From assembly GCA_963833125.1 (NCBI GenBank), contig CAWHWX010000005.1, forward strand, positions 32,001 through 96,000: 64,000 nt of DNA, in the 5' to 3' direction. This DNA comes from Candidatus Bathyarchaeota archaeon (GTDB lineage Archaea > Thermoproteota > Bathyarchaeia > 40CM-2-53-6). The notes below the pieces were generated by a model that made no database searches, was not told the origin of the DNA, and worked only from the letters and a program-made list of their open reading frames with translations. The number at the start of each line of letters is the position of its first letter. Position 1 is the first letter of the stretch. A program made the translations under genes and the position numbers. Below are positions 31,362 through 41,811 of the stretch, one piece after another.

Positions 31362-32903
31362 TCAATCTATCAGAGCAAATTGTGCATCTGCGCTGGCTAG
31401 GAATGTACCCCCCTGTGAAATCAGCTTGTCGGAGACCAGGGCATTGACCGTATAAACTCCGATAGGGTGGTTTACCAAGGTGAACCCAAGTCCATCTTTG
31501 ATTGTTCCACCTGCGTCGAGCTGGGATATATGTATCTGAATCTGCACGGGCACTCCGTTCGGGTCACGCACCTGAATCCAGACTACGCCTTGGAATGTGA
31601 CGCCGATATTCTCGATTACAACCCAAATCCATATCGTCTGTCCTTCTGTAAACGTAGATGTTGGATTGCCGGCGCTATCACCCGCGTAAACCGCTTTGAT
31701 TATGACGCTAGGTGTTGAAGATGTTCCCACTACGAATGTGGTGCGTGTGGTTACGCTTGAGTAACCTGATTTTGTCGCCGAAGTGAAGACGGTATATGTT
31801 CCTGTTGGCGAGCTGGGTGGGAGGCTGACTTGGGTTTGGAATATGCCCGCTGCATCCGTTTGAAGGTTGTTCGCAAAGAATAGTTGGCTGCCGGTTGAGG
31901 CGTCAACTTGCACTGAAACGGTAACTCCAGCGACTGCGCTCCCGGTTGAATCCGTCACTTGGCCCTGGATGGTGACTGTTGAGTTTGGCTGGTATTGGGG
32001 TTGATCCGTTGTTACGGTCATAGTAAGTGTGGTTCCAAGTGAGACTCTCGTTGTCGCGTTAGCGCTGGTGGTTATGCCAGTCGGAGCCAGTATTTGCAAA
32101 CTCACCTGGCTCGTTAACTCCCTTCCGTTGACAATCGCCACGGCCGTCACTGCATAATTGCCGGCAGGGGTGTCGGCTGACGTAACTATAGTTAGGCTAG
32201 ACAAGAAGTCGCGCGTGGCTACGCCCACGTTTGGTGTAAAGATTGCGACACTATCCGGAGGCACACCTCTGGCAACTAAGAAGATGTTCGCTGCTGAGTT
32301 CCCGACAATGTGCATGTCGAATTTGGCAAATGTGCCTGCTGTAATAGTGTCTGAGGGCGGTTGGATTTGGAGAGTAAGCGAATTCGTGTTGTTGGCTGAG
32401 ACTGTGTTTCCACTTTGGGCAGTTACGGTCGAGGTCTGGGACAAGGTTGTAGTAACATTTGAAGTAGAGCCGCTCGCTTCAATTGTGAAGGATGCGGTGG
32501 TTGAGGAATATTGCACAAAACCTACTTTCGTTATCTCGAAGATGCCGGTGTAAGTGCCCCCGCTTAGGTTTGCTTGTACTGTCCCGCTGCCGCCTGAATC
32601 AGTGTCAAGAGATCCTAACTGTAGTATTGCCGAGGGGGGAGAGGATACGAAGATTGATGTATAGGTTGAATCCGCTGTGGCCTGATTCAGTTCAACGGAA
32701 AGTTGGCCGGTGTTCAGATTAATTTGAACCGTACCCGAAGCTGAAGGAGGGTCCGTACTTACCGCCGCTCGAGTTAGCTGAATCGTTAACGTACTGTCAG
32801 CCGAGACGTTTGTGATCGTGCCACTTGTTTGGAGCGCTGATACTGCAGTTAGAAGAAGCAAGAGTAACGCGGTATTGGTTCGGGAACGTGTCACAATGCT
32901 CAT
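31362..32903 (-). CDS. Secreted Ser/Thr-rich multi-Ig (MG2-like) protein
   Basis: Signal peptide; TTDQPQYQP..TVTIQGQVTD...TGTYTV. Confidence 0.82.
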   Translation of the reverse strand: MSIVTRSRTNTALLLLLLTAVSALQTSGTITNVSADSTLTIQLTRAAVSTDPPSASGTVQINLNTGQLSVELNQATADSTYTSIFVSSPPSAILQLGSLDTDSGGSGTVQANLSGGTYTGIFEITKVGFVQYSSTTASFTIEASGSTSNVTTTLSQTSTVTAQSGNTVSANNTNSLTLQIQPPSDTITAGTFAKFDMHIVGNSAANIFLVARGVPPDSVAIFTPNVGVATRDFLSSLTIVTSADTPAGNYAVTAVAIVNGRELTSQVSLQILAPTGITTSANATTRVSLGTTLTMTVTTDQPQYQPNSTVTIQGQVTDSTGSAVAGVTVSVQVDASTGSQLFFANNLQTDAAGIFQTQVSLPPSSPTGTYTVFTSATKSGYSSVTTRTTFVVGTSSTPSVIIKAVYAGDSAGNPTSTFTEGQTIWIWVVIENIGVTFQGVVWIQVRDPNGVPVQIQIHISQLDAGGTIKDGLGFTLVNHPIGVYTVNALVSDKLISQGGTFLASADAQFALID

Positions 32904-32991
32904 TTTCAGGGCTCCATGGCTTGAAAGAATAGTTGAGTGAAGAGTATTTAAGTGTTTTCACGTACCACACATCTACAACAAAAAACTGTGT

Positions 32992-33432
32992 TTGTGTAGC
33001 GCTAACAAACTTTCATATAAGCCATCTAGGGAACCATCTACGTGTGGTCTTCCTGTGAGTTCCAGGGGTGCAGACACCATCGTCGTAGACCTACTGAGAA
33101 AGATGAATAGAACCATGGAACTCATCTCGAAGAAACTGGACAGGCTCATCGAAGTGCAGCGCGCCCCATCTGGGCAGATGGTTCGTCCAGGTGTCTCTCT
33201 ACCTGAGGACATGCCACTTGATGTGACAACTCTTCTTTCACTTCCGGATCATCTTCGCAAATCTGCACTAGCCTTGGCTACGCTCAGGGAGGCCACAGCA
33301 ACTGACCTCTCTAAGGAAACAGGGAGAGTGAGGGCGGTTGAAAGTGACTACCTAAACCAGCTCGTGTCGATGGGGTTAGTAAAGAAGAAACGGAAAGGTC
33401 GGGACGTATACTTCTATGTGGAGAATACTTGA
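32992..33432 (+). CDS. Winged-helix DNA-binding protein
   Basis: LLSLPDHLRKSALAL...ATATDLSKETGRVRAVESDYLNQL..MG. Confidence 0.85.
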   Translation: MCSANKLSYKPSREPSTCGLPVSSRGADTIVVDLLRKMNRTMELISKKLDRLIEVQRAPSGQMVRPGVSLPEDMPLDVTTLLSLPDHLRKSALALATLREATATDLSKETGRVRAVESDYLNQLVSMGLVKKKRKGRDVYFYVENT

Positions 33433-33444
33433 GGAGAATTAATT

Positions 33445-34218
33445 TTGGGTAAAACATTCGCGTTTCATTCCTACAAGGGCGGAACTGGAAAAACTTCCTT
33501 GGTGGTTAATTTGGGAGCGATCTATGCTCAGCAAGGCGCCAACGTGTGCGTTTTGGATTTTGACTTTCGTGCCCCAAGCCTCAACGTACTGTTCAAGGGT
33601 AAGCCGGAGTTTTGGTTGAATGATTATCTAGAGGACAAGTGCGGCGTTATTGATACTCTCGTTGACCAGTCCGAGAAATTCAAACTGCGTGGGAAGCTTT
33701 GGGTTGGCTTCGCGAATCCGTCCCTCGAAGCGCTTAAGGACATAATGAGTAAGGATAGGAAATGGGAAGTTAAGGCACTATCCAAGACTCTTGCTGGGAA
33801 GAAGGAGATTCTGCAAGAGAAGCAGATTGACTACCTGATATACGATACCAGCCCAGGAGCGCAATACTCATCGATAAATGCGCTCGCTGGGGCAGACCTC
33901 GTCTCTTTGGTCATGAAAGCGGATGAATTCGATTTGGAAGGTACGAAGGAACTGGCCAAGGGCGTCTATGAGGCGCTTGGAAGAAAGTCCGGAATCGTCC
34001 TGAACAAGATTCCACTTGAACAAGTCGCTGCAGCGGGAGGCAAGGAGAAATTCGGTCGACAGATTGCCGACGAGGTTGGCTTGCCGTTAGTCGGAATTAT
34101 ACCGTGCATGTGCGAGCTGATGGCGTTCGGCGGTAAGTCAATCTATACCATCGACAAACCAGACCACACATTCTCTAGGTCGGTGGGCGAGATTGCTGAG
34201 ACTCTGAAGAAGATGTAG
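33445..34218 (+). CDS. MinD/ParA family ATPase
   Basis: Deviant Walker A KGGTGKT, DFDFRAP, DTSPG. Confidence 0.92.
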   Translation: MGKTFAFHSYKGGTGKTSLVVNLGAIYAQQGANVCVLDFDFRAPSLNVLFKGKPEFWLNDYLEDKCGVIDTLVDQSEKFKLRGKLWVGFANPSLEALKDIMSKDRKWEVKALSKTLAGKKEILQEKQIDYLIYDTSPGAQYSSINALAGADLVSLVMKADEFDLEGTKELAKGVYEALGRKSGIVLNKIPLEQVAAAGGKEKFGRQIADEVGLPLVGIIPCMCELMAFGGKSIYTIDKPDHTFSRSVGEIAETLKKM

Positions 34219-34221
34219 CCT

Positions 34222-35188
34222 TTACTTAGATTTCTCGAGTCGTTTCTCGTACTCTCTCTTTAGTTTCTGATATGTTGATTCATCAACTTGGTTCGTCGCT
34301 CGTAATTCTTCAAGACGCGCAATCACTCGAGCGGTCGCAACATAGCCCTTGTCGGCTTCGCTTGTTTTCAATAATTCCTCTAGTGCAGCCCTTTTGTGGG
34401 AACGTCGACTGCGCCTTTGAAACAGCACTCCTGCGATAATGGCGATGATCACGACCGGCGGTATTACAATGAATGTTGCTGGAATTGGGCCTGGTATGAT
34501 TTCAAGTTGGAAGGACGTAGTGTGAATTAGTGACCCAGAGACTCCTAGGAGAGTTATCGTGAAATTGCCGGTTTGAGCAGACTGAGTTGCGACGATCGTC
34601 GCCTGCGTATTTCCACTTGGAGTGACCGATTCGGGGTTGAATTGCACGGTTACCCCGGACGGCAAGTTGAGGGCTGTGAGGTTCACGGGTTCTTTGAAGT
34701 TCCTAAGGGAAAGCACTGTAACTGTGACTTTGCCTGTATCGCCTTGGCGAAGGGTTAGCAGAACGGTGGAGGTTTGTATTGAAAAATCAGGAGATGAATA
34801 GTTGAAAGTGAGAGTCACGCGAGCCGTGTCATAGCCTGGTTTGTCGGCTACCATGTATGCCGTGTAATTGCCGCCGGGAGAGTTCGAGGCGATTACAAAA
34901 CTATCTTGAAAGGTGCCATCAGACTGCGGAATAAGCCACGGCGAGGTGTATGCTCGTTGCTTGTGGGTTAGTAACTTGAATTGAGACTATGGCGTTAGAG
35001 ATCGGTATGCCACTCGTATCGAATACCTTGCCGGTAACGACGACCGAAACTCCTTGGTTGATCGGTGTTGGGTTGAGTGTCGCTTGCATGAACATCGTTT
35101 TGTTTGCGAACGCAGGGTGGGGCGAGAGCAGGGCGAGAAATAGGGCAACCAGTAGGAAAGCGCGAAAAAAAGTGCTGCGAAGTGTCAA
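34222..35188 (-). CDS. Membrane-anchored Ig-like surface protein with a cytoplasmic SHOCT-like tail, frameshifted near 34920
   Basis: Signal peptide, Ig-like repeats, TM, RLEELR...YQKLKREY. Confidence 0.75.
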
Positions 35189-35259
35189 GTGGCCCGCTAT
35201 ATCTCGGCTTAATTGGGCTTATTGTATATTGTTTCCGAGCTGGTCTATGCATATAGGAG

Positions 35260-35949
35260 ATGCCTGGATTGACAGTGTTTTTCATTCATGGTGCGGGCGG
35301 AACACCAGCGGTTTGGCGTCTGCAAACCTTGCACTTCAAGGACTCCGTTGCAGTTGAACTTCCGGGGCATCCAACGGGATCGGGCTTCGCTACCATCGAG
35401 GAATATGCCCAGACGGTCCGCGGCCGAATTGACCAGGGGGAATGGGGTAAGACAATAATCGTAGGGCACTCGATGGGCGGAGCAATTGCAATAGAACTTG
35501 CTTTGGACAATAGAGAACTTCGAGGGCTGGTCCTCGTTGGGACTGGAGGTCGATTAAGAGTACGTCCCGAATTAATGTCAGAACTTAAAGAGAACTATGA
35601 GCAGGCAACCAAATCGATTGCCTCCTGGTCTTTATCCCCCCGAGCTGACCCGATAATTGTAGATAGACTCGCCGAAGATTTCCTCAAAGTGAGGCCCGAG
35701 GTAACGTTGAGTGACTTTTTGGCTTGCGACAAATTCGATCGAATGAACAACCTAGAAAGGGTAACCTGCGGAACCCTGGTCGTTTGCGGGAAGGATGATA
35801 GGATGACTCCGGAGAAATACTCTAGGTATCTTCATGAGAAGATAAGGGGTTCAAAACTCGAGATCATACCGGAAGCGGGTCACAGTGTGATGGTCGAGAA
35901 ACATCGTGCGTTCAATCAGGCAGTTGAGCGTTTCGTTGCTTCACTGTGA
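35260..35949 (+). CDS. Alpha/beta fold hydrolase
   Basis: HGAGG, GHSMGG, catalytic D and AGH. Confidence 0.92.
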   Translation: MPGLTVFFIHGAGGTPAVWRLQTLHFKDSVAVELPGHPTGSGFATIEEYAQTVRGRIDQGEWGKTIIVGHSMGGAIAIELALDNRELRGLVLVGTGGRLRVRPELMSELKENYEQATKSIASWSLSPRADPIIVDRLAEDFLKVRPEVTLSDFLACDKFDRMNNLERVTCGTLVVCGKDDRMTPEKYSRYLHEKIRGSKLEIIPEAGHSVMVEKHRAFNQAVERFVASL

Positions 35950-37045
35950 CCTTCTCTGCTTGCAGCCTGTTCCTTATCGCGGATAGAAGTGTGTCGAGAT
36001 TGTGTCCCGACTTTACGCTTACTGGGATAATCTGTTCCTCTGGAAAATACTTACGAATCATCGCCGTCGACATCTCTAGCTGTTCAGTTGAGACATTGTC
36101 GATTTTGTTGGCGCAAATAATTATTGGCGCCGATATATCCACTTCGCGTAGAATTTGACAGCATGACCTCACTTTTCTTTCTAGTGGAAATTCATCGTCG
36201 GTTGCGTCGATGAAGAGTAAGACAAGGTCCGCGGTCGCTAACTCCCCTAAGGTCGCATGGAATGCTTTCAGAATGATTGGGTGCATATCTTCTATGAATC
36301 CGATTGAGTCGACGATTATGAAGTCAGAGGAGCTGTCGTCAGGGTTTGTACTTGCTTTGCGGGCGAATGTTGTCAGTGTCGTAAATGGACCGAGTCCGAC
36401 AGTTTTCTCTTCATGAGCAACTAGGTTGAAGAAGCTCGTCTTCCCAGCTTGGGTGTAACCTGCGAGGGCAACTATCGGGAAGCCAAGCTCGCGCCTGTGG
36501 TCTCGTTTTAGCATTTTCTTCTTGTAAATGTCTTCGAGTTGAGCTTCGATTCGGCTTATACGATTTCTCGAGGCTCGATAGTATTCCTGGTACGGATATT
36601 CTCCGGGCCCCATCCAGCCAATCTGCTCACCCATAATGCCACGGAGTTTGATGAACTCCCTCCCCCAAGACAAGGTGTACTTCAACTTGGCAAGGCGAAT
36701 CTGAAGCTTAGCCTCATTCGTGAACGCCCTCTTATCGAACACCTCAAGAATCAGCAAATTCCGGTCAATGATCCTGACGTCTCCACCCATATGCTGGGTC
36801 AAATTGAATACATGGCTGCTGGTGAGAGGATTAGCGAAAATGACCGTGTCCGCATGCTCGTCCTCAACTAAGCTCTTGAGGTCTTTCAAACGGCCGGGTC
36901 CGATGGTGTAGGTGTGGTGGACGCTTTTCCGTTTTTGAATGAGCATGCCGACCACTTCATAGCCGATGCTCTCGGCCATTAGCCGCGTCTCGTCCGCCAG
37001 TGAGGGGAAGGCGGGTACTTTGAGTTCGGTGATTACTGCTCGCAA
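35912..37045 (-). CDS. hflX: GTPase HflX
   Basis: IDRNLLILEVF..RA..EAKLQI, GPGE, GYTQAGKTS, NKID. Confidence 0.92.
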   Translation of the reverse strand: MRAVITELKVPAFPSLADETRLMAESIGYEVVGMLIQKRKSVHHTYTIGPGRLKDLKSLVEDEHADTVIFANPLTSSHVFNLTQHMGGDVRIIDRNLLILEVFDKRAFTNEAKLQIRLAKLKYTLSWGREFIKLRGIMGEQIGWMGPGEYPYQEYYRASRNRISRIEAQLEDIYKKKMLKRDHRRELGFPIVALAGYTQAGKTSFFNLVAHEEKTVGLGPFTTLTTFARKASTNPDDSSSDFIIVDSIGFIEDMHPIILKAFHATLGELATADLVLLFIDATDDEFPLERKVRSCCQILREVDISAPIIICANKIDNVSTEQLEMSTAMIRKYFPEEQIIPVSVKSGHNLDTLLSAIRNRLQAEKVTVKQRNAQLPD

Positions 37046-37129
37046 ACCTAACGGATTCACTCTAACCCTTTTCGTACTCAACCATAAGTTTCTGAAGGCG
37101 TTATTTAGAGATAGTTGGGAGTTGGCGGC

Positions 37130-37405
37130 ATGAAAGTTCGAGCGCATGTCTTCGTGAGCGGTAGAGTTCAAGGCGTCTTCTTTAGGTCTGAAACCGCAGA
37201 TCTTGCCGAAAGGCTTGGAATCAATGGGTGGGTCAGAAACCGATCCGACGGCCGCGTAGAAGCCCTGTTCGAAGGTGAGAAGGTGCAGGTTGACGAGGAG
37301 ATCGAATTCTGCCGACGCGGACCCCCGGGGGCTTACGTGGAGAACCTTGACCTCGAATGGGAAGATTGGACGGGAGAATTCTCAGATTTCAAAGTAGTGT
37401 ACTGA
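37130..37405 (+). CDS. acyP: Acylphosphatase
   Basis: GRVQGVFFR, GWVRN..DGRVE, GPP. Confidence 0.95.
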   Translation: MKVRAHVFVSGRVQGVFFRSETADLAERLGINGWVRNRSDGRVEALFEGEKVQVDEEIEFCRRGPPGAYVENLDLEWEDWTGEFSDFKVVY

Positions 37406-37448
37406 CGAGAAAGAACTTAATGCATGGAACCGTTTGGTTTGATGCGGT

Positions 37449-37591
37449 GCTCCGGTGGTGTAGCCCGGTTATCTGGCGGAAGCCAAACCGAGAGCATAGT
37501 GGCCTTTCGCGCCTCAGGGCAAAGAAAGTCACTGATCGCGGGTTCGAAATGGCGTAGGCGTAACGCCACGATAGTCCCGCCCGGAGCACCA
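37449..37591 (+). tRNA. tRNA-Glu(TTC) with three BHB introns (approx. 37472-37492, 37510-37526, 37549-37574)
   Basis: Acceptor stem GCTCCGG/CCGGAGC+ACCA; removing the three hairpin inserts restores a normal cloverleaf with loop CT-TTC-GA and TTCGAAT. Confidence 0.9.
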
Positions 37592-37867
37592 ATCTACTTC
37601 TGTTAGGCTACTCTCAGGATCGCGGCCTGTGCTTTGAGGTAGGTCAGAAGGCCCTGTTGCAAGCATTTGTTGTAGACTTGGTTGCGTGAGACCTTTTCAA
37701 GATCCGCAGTTGCTCAGAGTTGATTGCAAGTGCTTAACCCTTGGGTCTGCGGGCTGGCCGGGGGCTTTTAACTGTAAGTTGAGTTAACTACTTAGTATAC
37801 CTGGGCACATCCTCTCCTTAGTAATATTAGACGCAGATGGATTAATGGCTTAACTCGGTGCTAGTGT

Positions 37868-38902
37868 GTGTTCGTTAGTGGTTCGTGGAATAAGCGTGCT
37901 TTACTTTTCTCTGTGGCGTTAACCATCACAATTATTATTCTAATGACCATCTCGCAGTCGGCGTATGCGGATTCGACACAAGCCTACGCATCCGTTAGCT
38001 TACAAGATTTTACCATTCAATTACAATATCCATCAGTGGTCTTACCGGGCACGAACACGCAGGTCAACGTTCAGGCTATAGCCAAATCCGCTGTAACCCT
38101 CGACAGCCTAACCGCCTACATTTACTACGTGGATGGCTCTAACCTTCATCAAGTAACCTCGGCTACTATTGTAGGATCGCAAAGTGTCTCCTCCGGCAAC
38201 ACCTTCAGCAAATCCATCCCCATCTCCGTTCCTCAAGGGATGCCCAGGACTTCGCTTTTTGCAACATTCACCGAATCCGTCAAGTACGGCTATGTTAACT
38301 CCTATTCCTACTCCTCCAACTACTATGGGAATTATTACGATTGCAGTTCATACCCCGGATATTCCTATGACAACATGCAGTACTGTTCCTCCTACCCTAA
38401 CTACAATTCATACAGTTCATACCCGCAATATTCCTACGTGACGCTAACAGACACGGGAATCTCACCCCTCTCATACGTTAACGCAACAACCCCCGAATAC
38501 ACCTCCCTCCTCACCCAATACCAATCCCAGCAACAACAACTAAGCCAAGCGCAGTCACAAAATCAGAACTTGCAACAGCAAGTAAGCCAGCAAAGTCAGC
38601 AAATCTCACAACTCCAATCCCAAATCCAACAACTTCAAAATAACCTCCAAAACGCGCAAGGAACAATTTCGCAAGCAAGTTCCAATAACTCGAATCTCAG
38701 CTCGCAACTGAATGGCGCAACCTCAACGAATCGTCACTTAATCTACCTCGTGTTGGCCTTCGGGGTAATTGCAATTCTAGCTCTTGCTCTGGGTCAGCGT
38801 AGCGGTCGGCCGAAGAAGACTCAATCGGTGAACCCTTATGCGGCAAACTATGTGCCCCCACAAACACCTCCGCAAACCGAACGTCTTCAGCCTTCCCAGT
38901 AA
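37868..38902 (+). CDS. Membrane-anchored secreted protein with a Tyr/Ser-rich segment and Gln-rich coiled coil
   Basis: N-terminal signal, low-complexity YS region, QQ heptads, C-terminal TM. Confidence 0.8.
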   Translation: MFVSGSWNKRALLFSVALTITIIILMTISQSAYADSTQAYASVSLQDFTIQLQYPSVVLPGTNTQVNVQAIAKSAVTLDSLTAYIYYVDGSNLHQVTSATIVGSQSVSSGNTFSKSIPISVPQGMPRTSLFATFTESVKYGYVNSYSYSSNYYGNYYDCSSYPGYSYDNMQYCSSYPNYNSYSSYPQYSYVTLTDTGISPLSYVNATTPEYTSLLTQYQSQQQQLSQAQSQNQNLQQQVSQQSQQISQLQSQIQQLQNNLQNAQGTISQASSNNSNLSSQLNGATSTNRHLIYLVLAFGVIAILALALGQRSGRPKKTQSVNPYAANYVPPQTPPQTERLQPSQ

Positions 38903-39218
38903 ATGGTAGTTCCAGATCTTCAGATCTCTGAGCTCTTTCCCTGGATGGGATTAGAGCGCGTTCTTGCGTTATGGTTGCCTTTGAGGCGGGAGGAGGTTCC
39001 TGTGGGTCGAAGTTTGTCATGAGAAGCGGTGAGTGGGCTTCCGATGTGCCTTGTCGTGGTCTCGATTGGTGCTTTCATTTGATGTAGGTTTCTTTGATCC
39101 TCGTGATCCAGTTTACTGCCCCGCATGAGGGAAGCTAGTGTGGCAACGACGGCCAATCAACGGATCAAACCAATGGTGCAACCTACATCGTTAGGCCTCA
39201 GATCCGTAGTTCCACTTG

Positions 39219-39737
39219 TTATTCAATTCGTAAGACTTTGTCATGAAATTGGACGGTGCTCGCAATGGCCCCTTTCGTGATATCGTCGTGAAGCGAGAAG
39301 AATATGCCTCGAATATTGTGGGATCGCACTCGCCCAGCGATAGTGTGAAGGAACCTCGCGACCACGTTAGCATCATTATAGATTAGAAATGTTGAGATCG
39401 AGTCTAGGAATAAGATTGTTTGCGATTCCTTGCCCTTCAGCTTGTCGGAAGATAGTAGCGTTGAGAGGGTGATGCTGAGTTCAGTGAGGTTTGTCGGGCC
39501 GCTAAGGATGTAGGTCTTTTCGAGCTCCTGGGGCGTCTTCCCCATAAGGCCGGATGCACAATCGATGAAGTACATGTTCTCAGTCGGAATCCTTTGGGCC
39601 TGCATTATCTCCGTTAGTGAGAAGTATGGTTTGTTCACGGAGATGTAAACCCCCGTTGTTTGAGGGGTTACGACGTGTTGCAGCACCGAAAGAATCGTAG
39701 CCACATATTCCTCCGGCGGGCTGGTTACCATGATCAA
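39219..39737 (-). CDS. Degenerate KaiC/RecA-like domain protein (no Walker A)
   Basis: GVYISVNKP, YFIDC, LFLDSISTFLIYN, FHDKVLRI. Confidence 0.7.
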   Translation of the reverse strand: MIMVTSPPEEYVATILSVLQHVVTPQTTGVYISVNKPYFSLTEIMQAQRIPTENMYFIDCASGLMGKTPQELEKTYILSGPTNLTELSITLSTLLSSDKLKGKESQTILFLDSISTFLIYNDANVVARFLHTIAGRVRSHNIRGIFFSLHDDITKGAIASTVQFHDKVLRIE

Positions 39738-39809
39738 GTAATTTGAAGGGAGTCCGACGAGGCCTTGCTGTACGGCCTCATCAATCGTGATCTGTTGTGC
39801 CGTGGGTGG

Positions 39810-40097
39810 TCACCGTATGACCATCGCACCCTTCAGGAAGCAAGCAACTGCTGCGATGTCGAATACCCGGGCGGCAAGCGTGATGAAGAGAAGATCCATA
39901 TGAAGTGGGAATGCAATCCAATTGAATATGCTCAAGGCTAACATTGAACCGAGGCCCATGGAGTACCAGAACATTATCTTTCCAATCACACCGCTGAATC
40001 GTCGCCTCACTCGGAACTGGTAGTAATTGGCTAGAATAATCAGGACAAGAATGATGACCCCTGTGCCAATGTTGAAGAAGTCTCCCACGGGAAACAT
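39810..40097 (-). CDS. Small membrane protein (3 TM)
   Basis: Hydrophobic ORF directly upstream of the KaiC-like gene. Confidence 0.65.
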   Translation of the reverse strand: MFPVGDFFNIGTGVIILVLIILANYYQFRVRRRFSGVIGKIMFWYSMGLGSMLALSIFNWIAFPLHMDLLFITLAARVFDIAAVACFLKGAMVIR

Positions 40098-40159
40098 GAA
40101 AATCGTTGATGCAAGCTTGCTAAGAGAATAAATGCCTATTGCCTTACGGGCGCCCAGTT

Positions 40160-40708
40160 CTAGATTGTGCTAGAACGAAGACGCTTACCAAGCCTGTGGT
40201 CCCGAAGGACCTTAGCTCCTAATCTTGCCCACTTAACGAATGATTTTGGCTTCTTTCGGATCTCCTTCAATACTTCACCAAAGGTCGCCCATTTGTACCC
40301 ATAAGCTACTTTGGGATTTGGTTTCACTTTTCCATCGTACTTGCCAACGATTACTGCGCAATGTTCGTTCTCACACTTCTTTCCCTGTTGGGCGAAGTAG
40401 TTGAATGCCCCAATCTTTCTAAACGATATCCCACCGACTCCGAATTCCTGTCGCACGCAGCGGGCGGCGGCTTCAGAATAGGACTCGTTTCTCCTCTTCA
40501 ATCGTAAGGGGTGGCTTGCACCCGTCAGGTCCCACCGATTGGAAAATAGATCATGCTTTCTTCTTTGCAGAAGTAGCTCGCCTCTATTATTGTACAGTGC
40601 AACCACGAAAGCCCTGTGACGCTTCCCCTTCCCTGTGTGACAGAGGCTTCGCGGGGCGTACCCCAGTATCCTATCGTTGTTATTCACAAGGATCAGTGTT
40701 TGTTCCAA
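40160..40708 (-). CDS. idi: Type 1 isopentenyl-diphosphate isomerase-like NUDIX protein
   Basis: CH..G..HRAF, LLLQRR, W....SHP, ENE. Confidence 0.75.
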   Translation of the reverse strand: MEQTLILVNNNDRILGYAPRSLCHTGKGKRHRAFVVALYNNRGELLLQRRKHDLFSNRWDLTGASHPLRLKRRNESYSEAAARCVRQEFGVGGISFRKIGAFNYFAQQGKKCENEHCAVIVGKYDGKVKPNPKVAYGYKWATFGEVLKEIRKKPKSFVKWARLGAKVLRDHRLGKRLRSSTI

Positions 40709-40905
40709 AAACTGTCACGCTTACCTCGGCAAGTTTGGCGCGGTAAGCAGCTGAGCGAATATTAAGATTGCCAACTCTGCAGTCAAAGAGAAGATAGAAG
40801 GGAGTGTAAGGAGTAGGTTTCTACTGCAGGAAACCACAGCCTTAATTGCGTCTCGGAAACCGGAGAGCTTTACAGCAACCAAAACTCTGAGGATATGAGA
40901 TTAGT

Positions 40906-41811
40906 TTGAAACTTGCACATTATGTTAGAGACGGCTCAACTCGGGTCGGAATCGTGCAGGACAAACGCATTTTCGACCTTCAAGATGCTGCGAAGAAGTT
41001 GAAGTCGTCTGCCCTCAACGAAATGTTGACAATCGATTCGCTTCTTGCAAACGGTACCATTTCTTCGTTACTGGCTGCTTCGAATCTTACGGGGGATGTC
41101 CAAGGTGTGCCGGTTGAATCGGTAAGGCTGCGCAGCCCGATCCTTAACCCTGAGAAGATCCTACTGATGGCCGTGAACTATCATTCCCACAGCAAGGAAT
41201 GGCAGAAGGATAGCACGCCTACAGAGCCGTACCTTTTCACGAAATTTAGAAACAGCCTAATCGGACCGGGGGATCCGATCCTGATTCCAAAAGTATCACA
41301 GAAAGCCGACTGGGAAGTTGAACTCGCAGTAATCATAGGCAAAGCCGGCAAGAACATTCCCAAGAAGGACGCGATGAGCTACGTTGCAGGCTACGCTGTC
41401 TCCAATGATGTCAGCTTTAGGGACTGGCAATTCTCCACCCGCCAACCCGACGGAACAACCAAGCTTGGATTGAATTGGGTGAAGGGTAAGGGGTTGGATT
41501 CCTCGTTCCCTCTCGGCCCCTGCTTGGTTACTGCCGATGAGGTACCGAACCCTCACGACCTGGGAATCTCTCTCACCGTCAACGGGAAAACGAGACAGCA
41601 ATCAACTACCGGAGACATGGTCTTCCGTATAGACTCGATAATTGAATACGCTTCAAAAGGCATGACTCTATCCCCAGGTGACATTATCTCAACGGGGACA
41701 CCCGAAGGAGTTGCAGCGTTCACCGGCGGCCCATACCTCAAGGACGGCGACGTTCTCGAAGGAACTATAGACCGAATCGGGACATTGCGCAACCCAGTAC
41801 GGGCAGAATAG
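40906..41811 (+). CDS. Fumarylacetoacetate hydrolase family protein
   Basis: NYHSH, DWEVELAVIIGK, NDVSFRD, PGDIISTGTPEGV. Confidence 0.93.
   Translation: MKLAHYVRDGSTRVGIVQDKRIFDLQDAAKKLKSSALNEMLTIDSLLANGTISSLLAASNLTGDVQGVPVESVRLRSPILNPEKILLMAVNYHSHSKEWQKDSTPTEPYLFTKFRNSLIGPGDPILIPKVSQKADWEVELAVIIGKAGKNIPKKDAMSYVAGYAVSNDVSFRDWQFSTRQPDGTTKLGLNWVKGKGLDSSFPLGPCLVTADEVPNPHDLGISLTVNGKTRQQSTTGDMVFRIDSIIEYASKGMTLSPGDIISTGTPEGVAAFTGGPYLKDGDVLEGTIDRIGTLRNPVRAE

Noticed and set aside
38280-38720. Repetitive DNA (TAC/TCC- and CAA-rich)
   Set aside because: Explained by Tyr/Ser-rich and Gln-rich coding sequence.
38920-39190. Minus-strand ORF MAVVATLASLMRGSK...
   Set aside because: Looks at most like a decayed transporter C-terminal fragment; not supportable as a gene.
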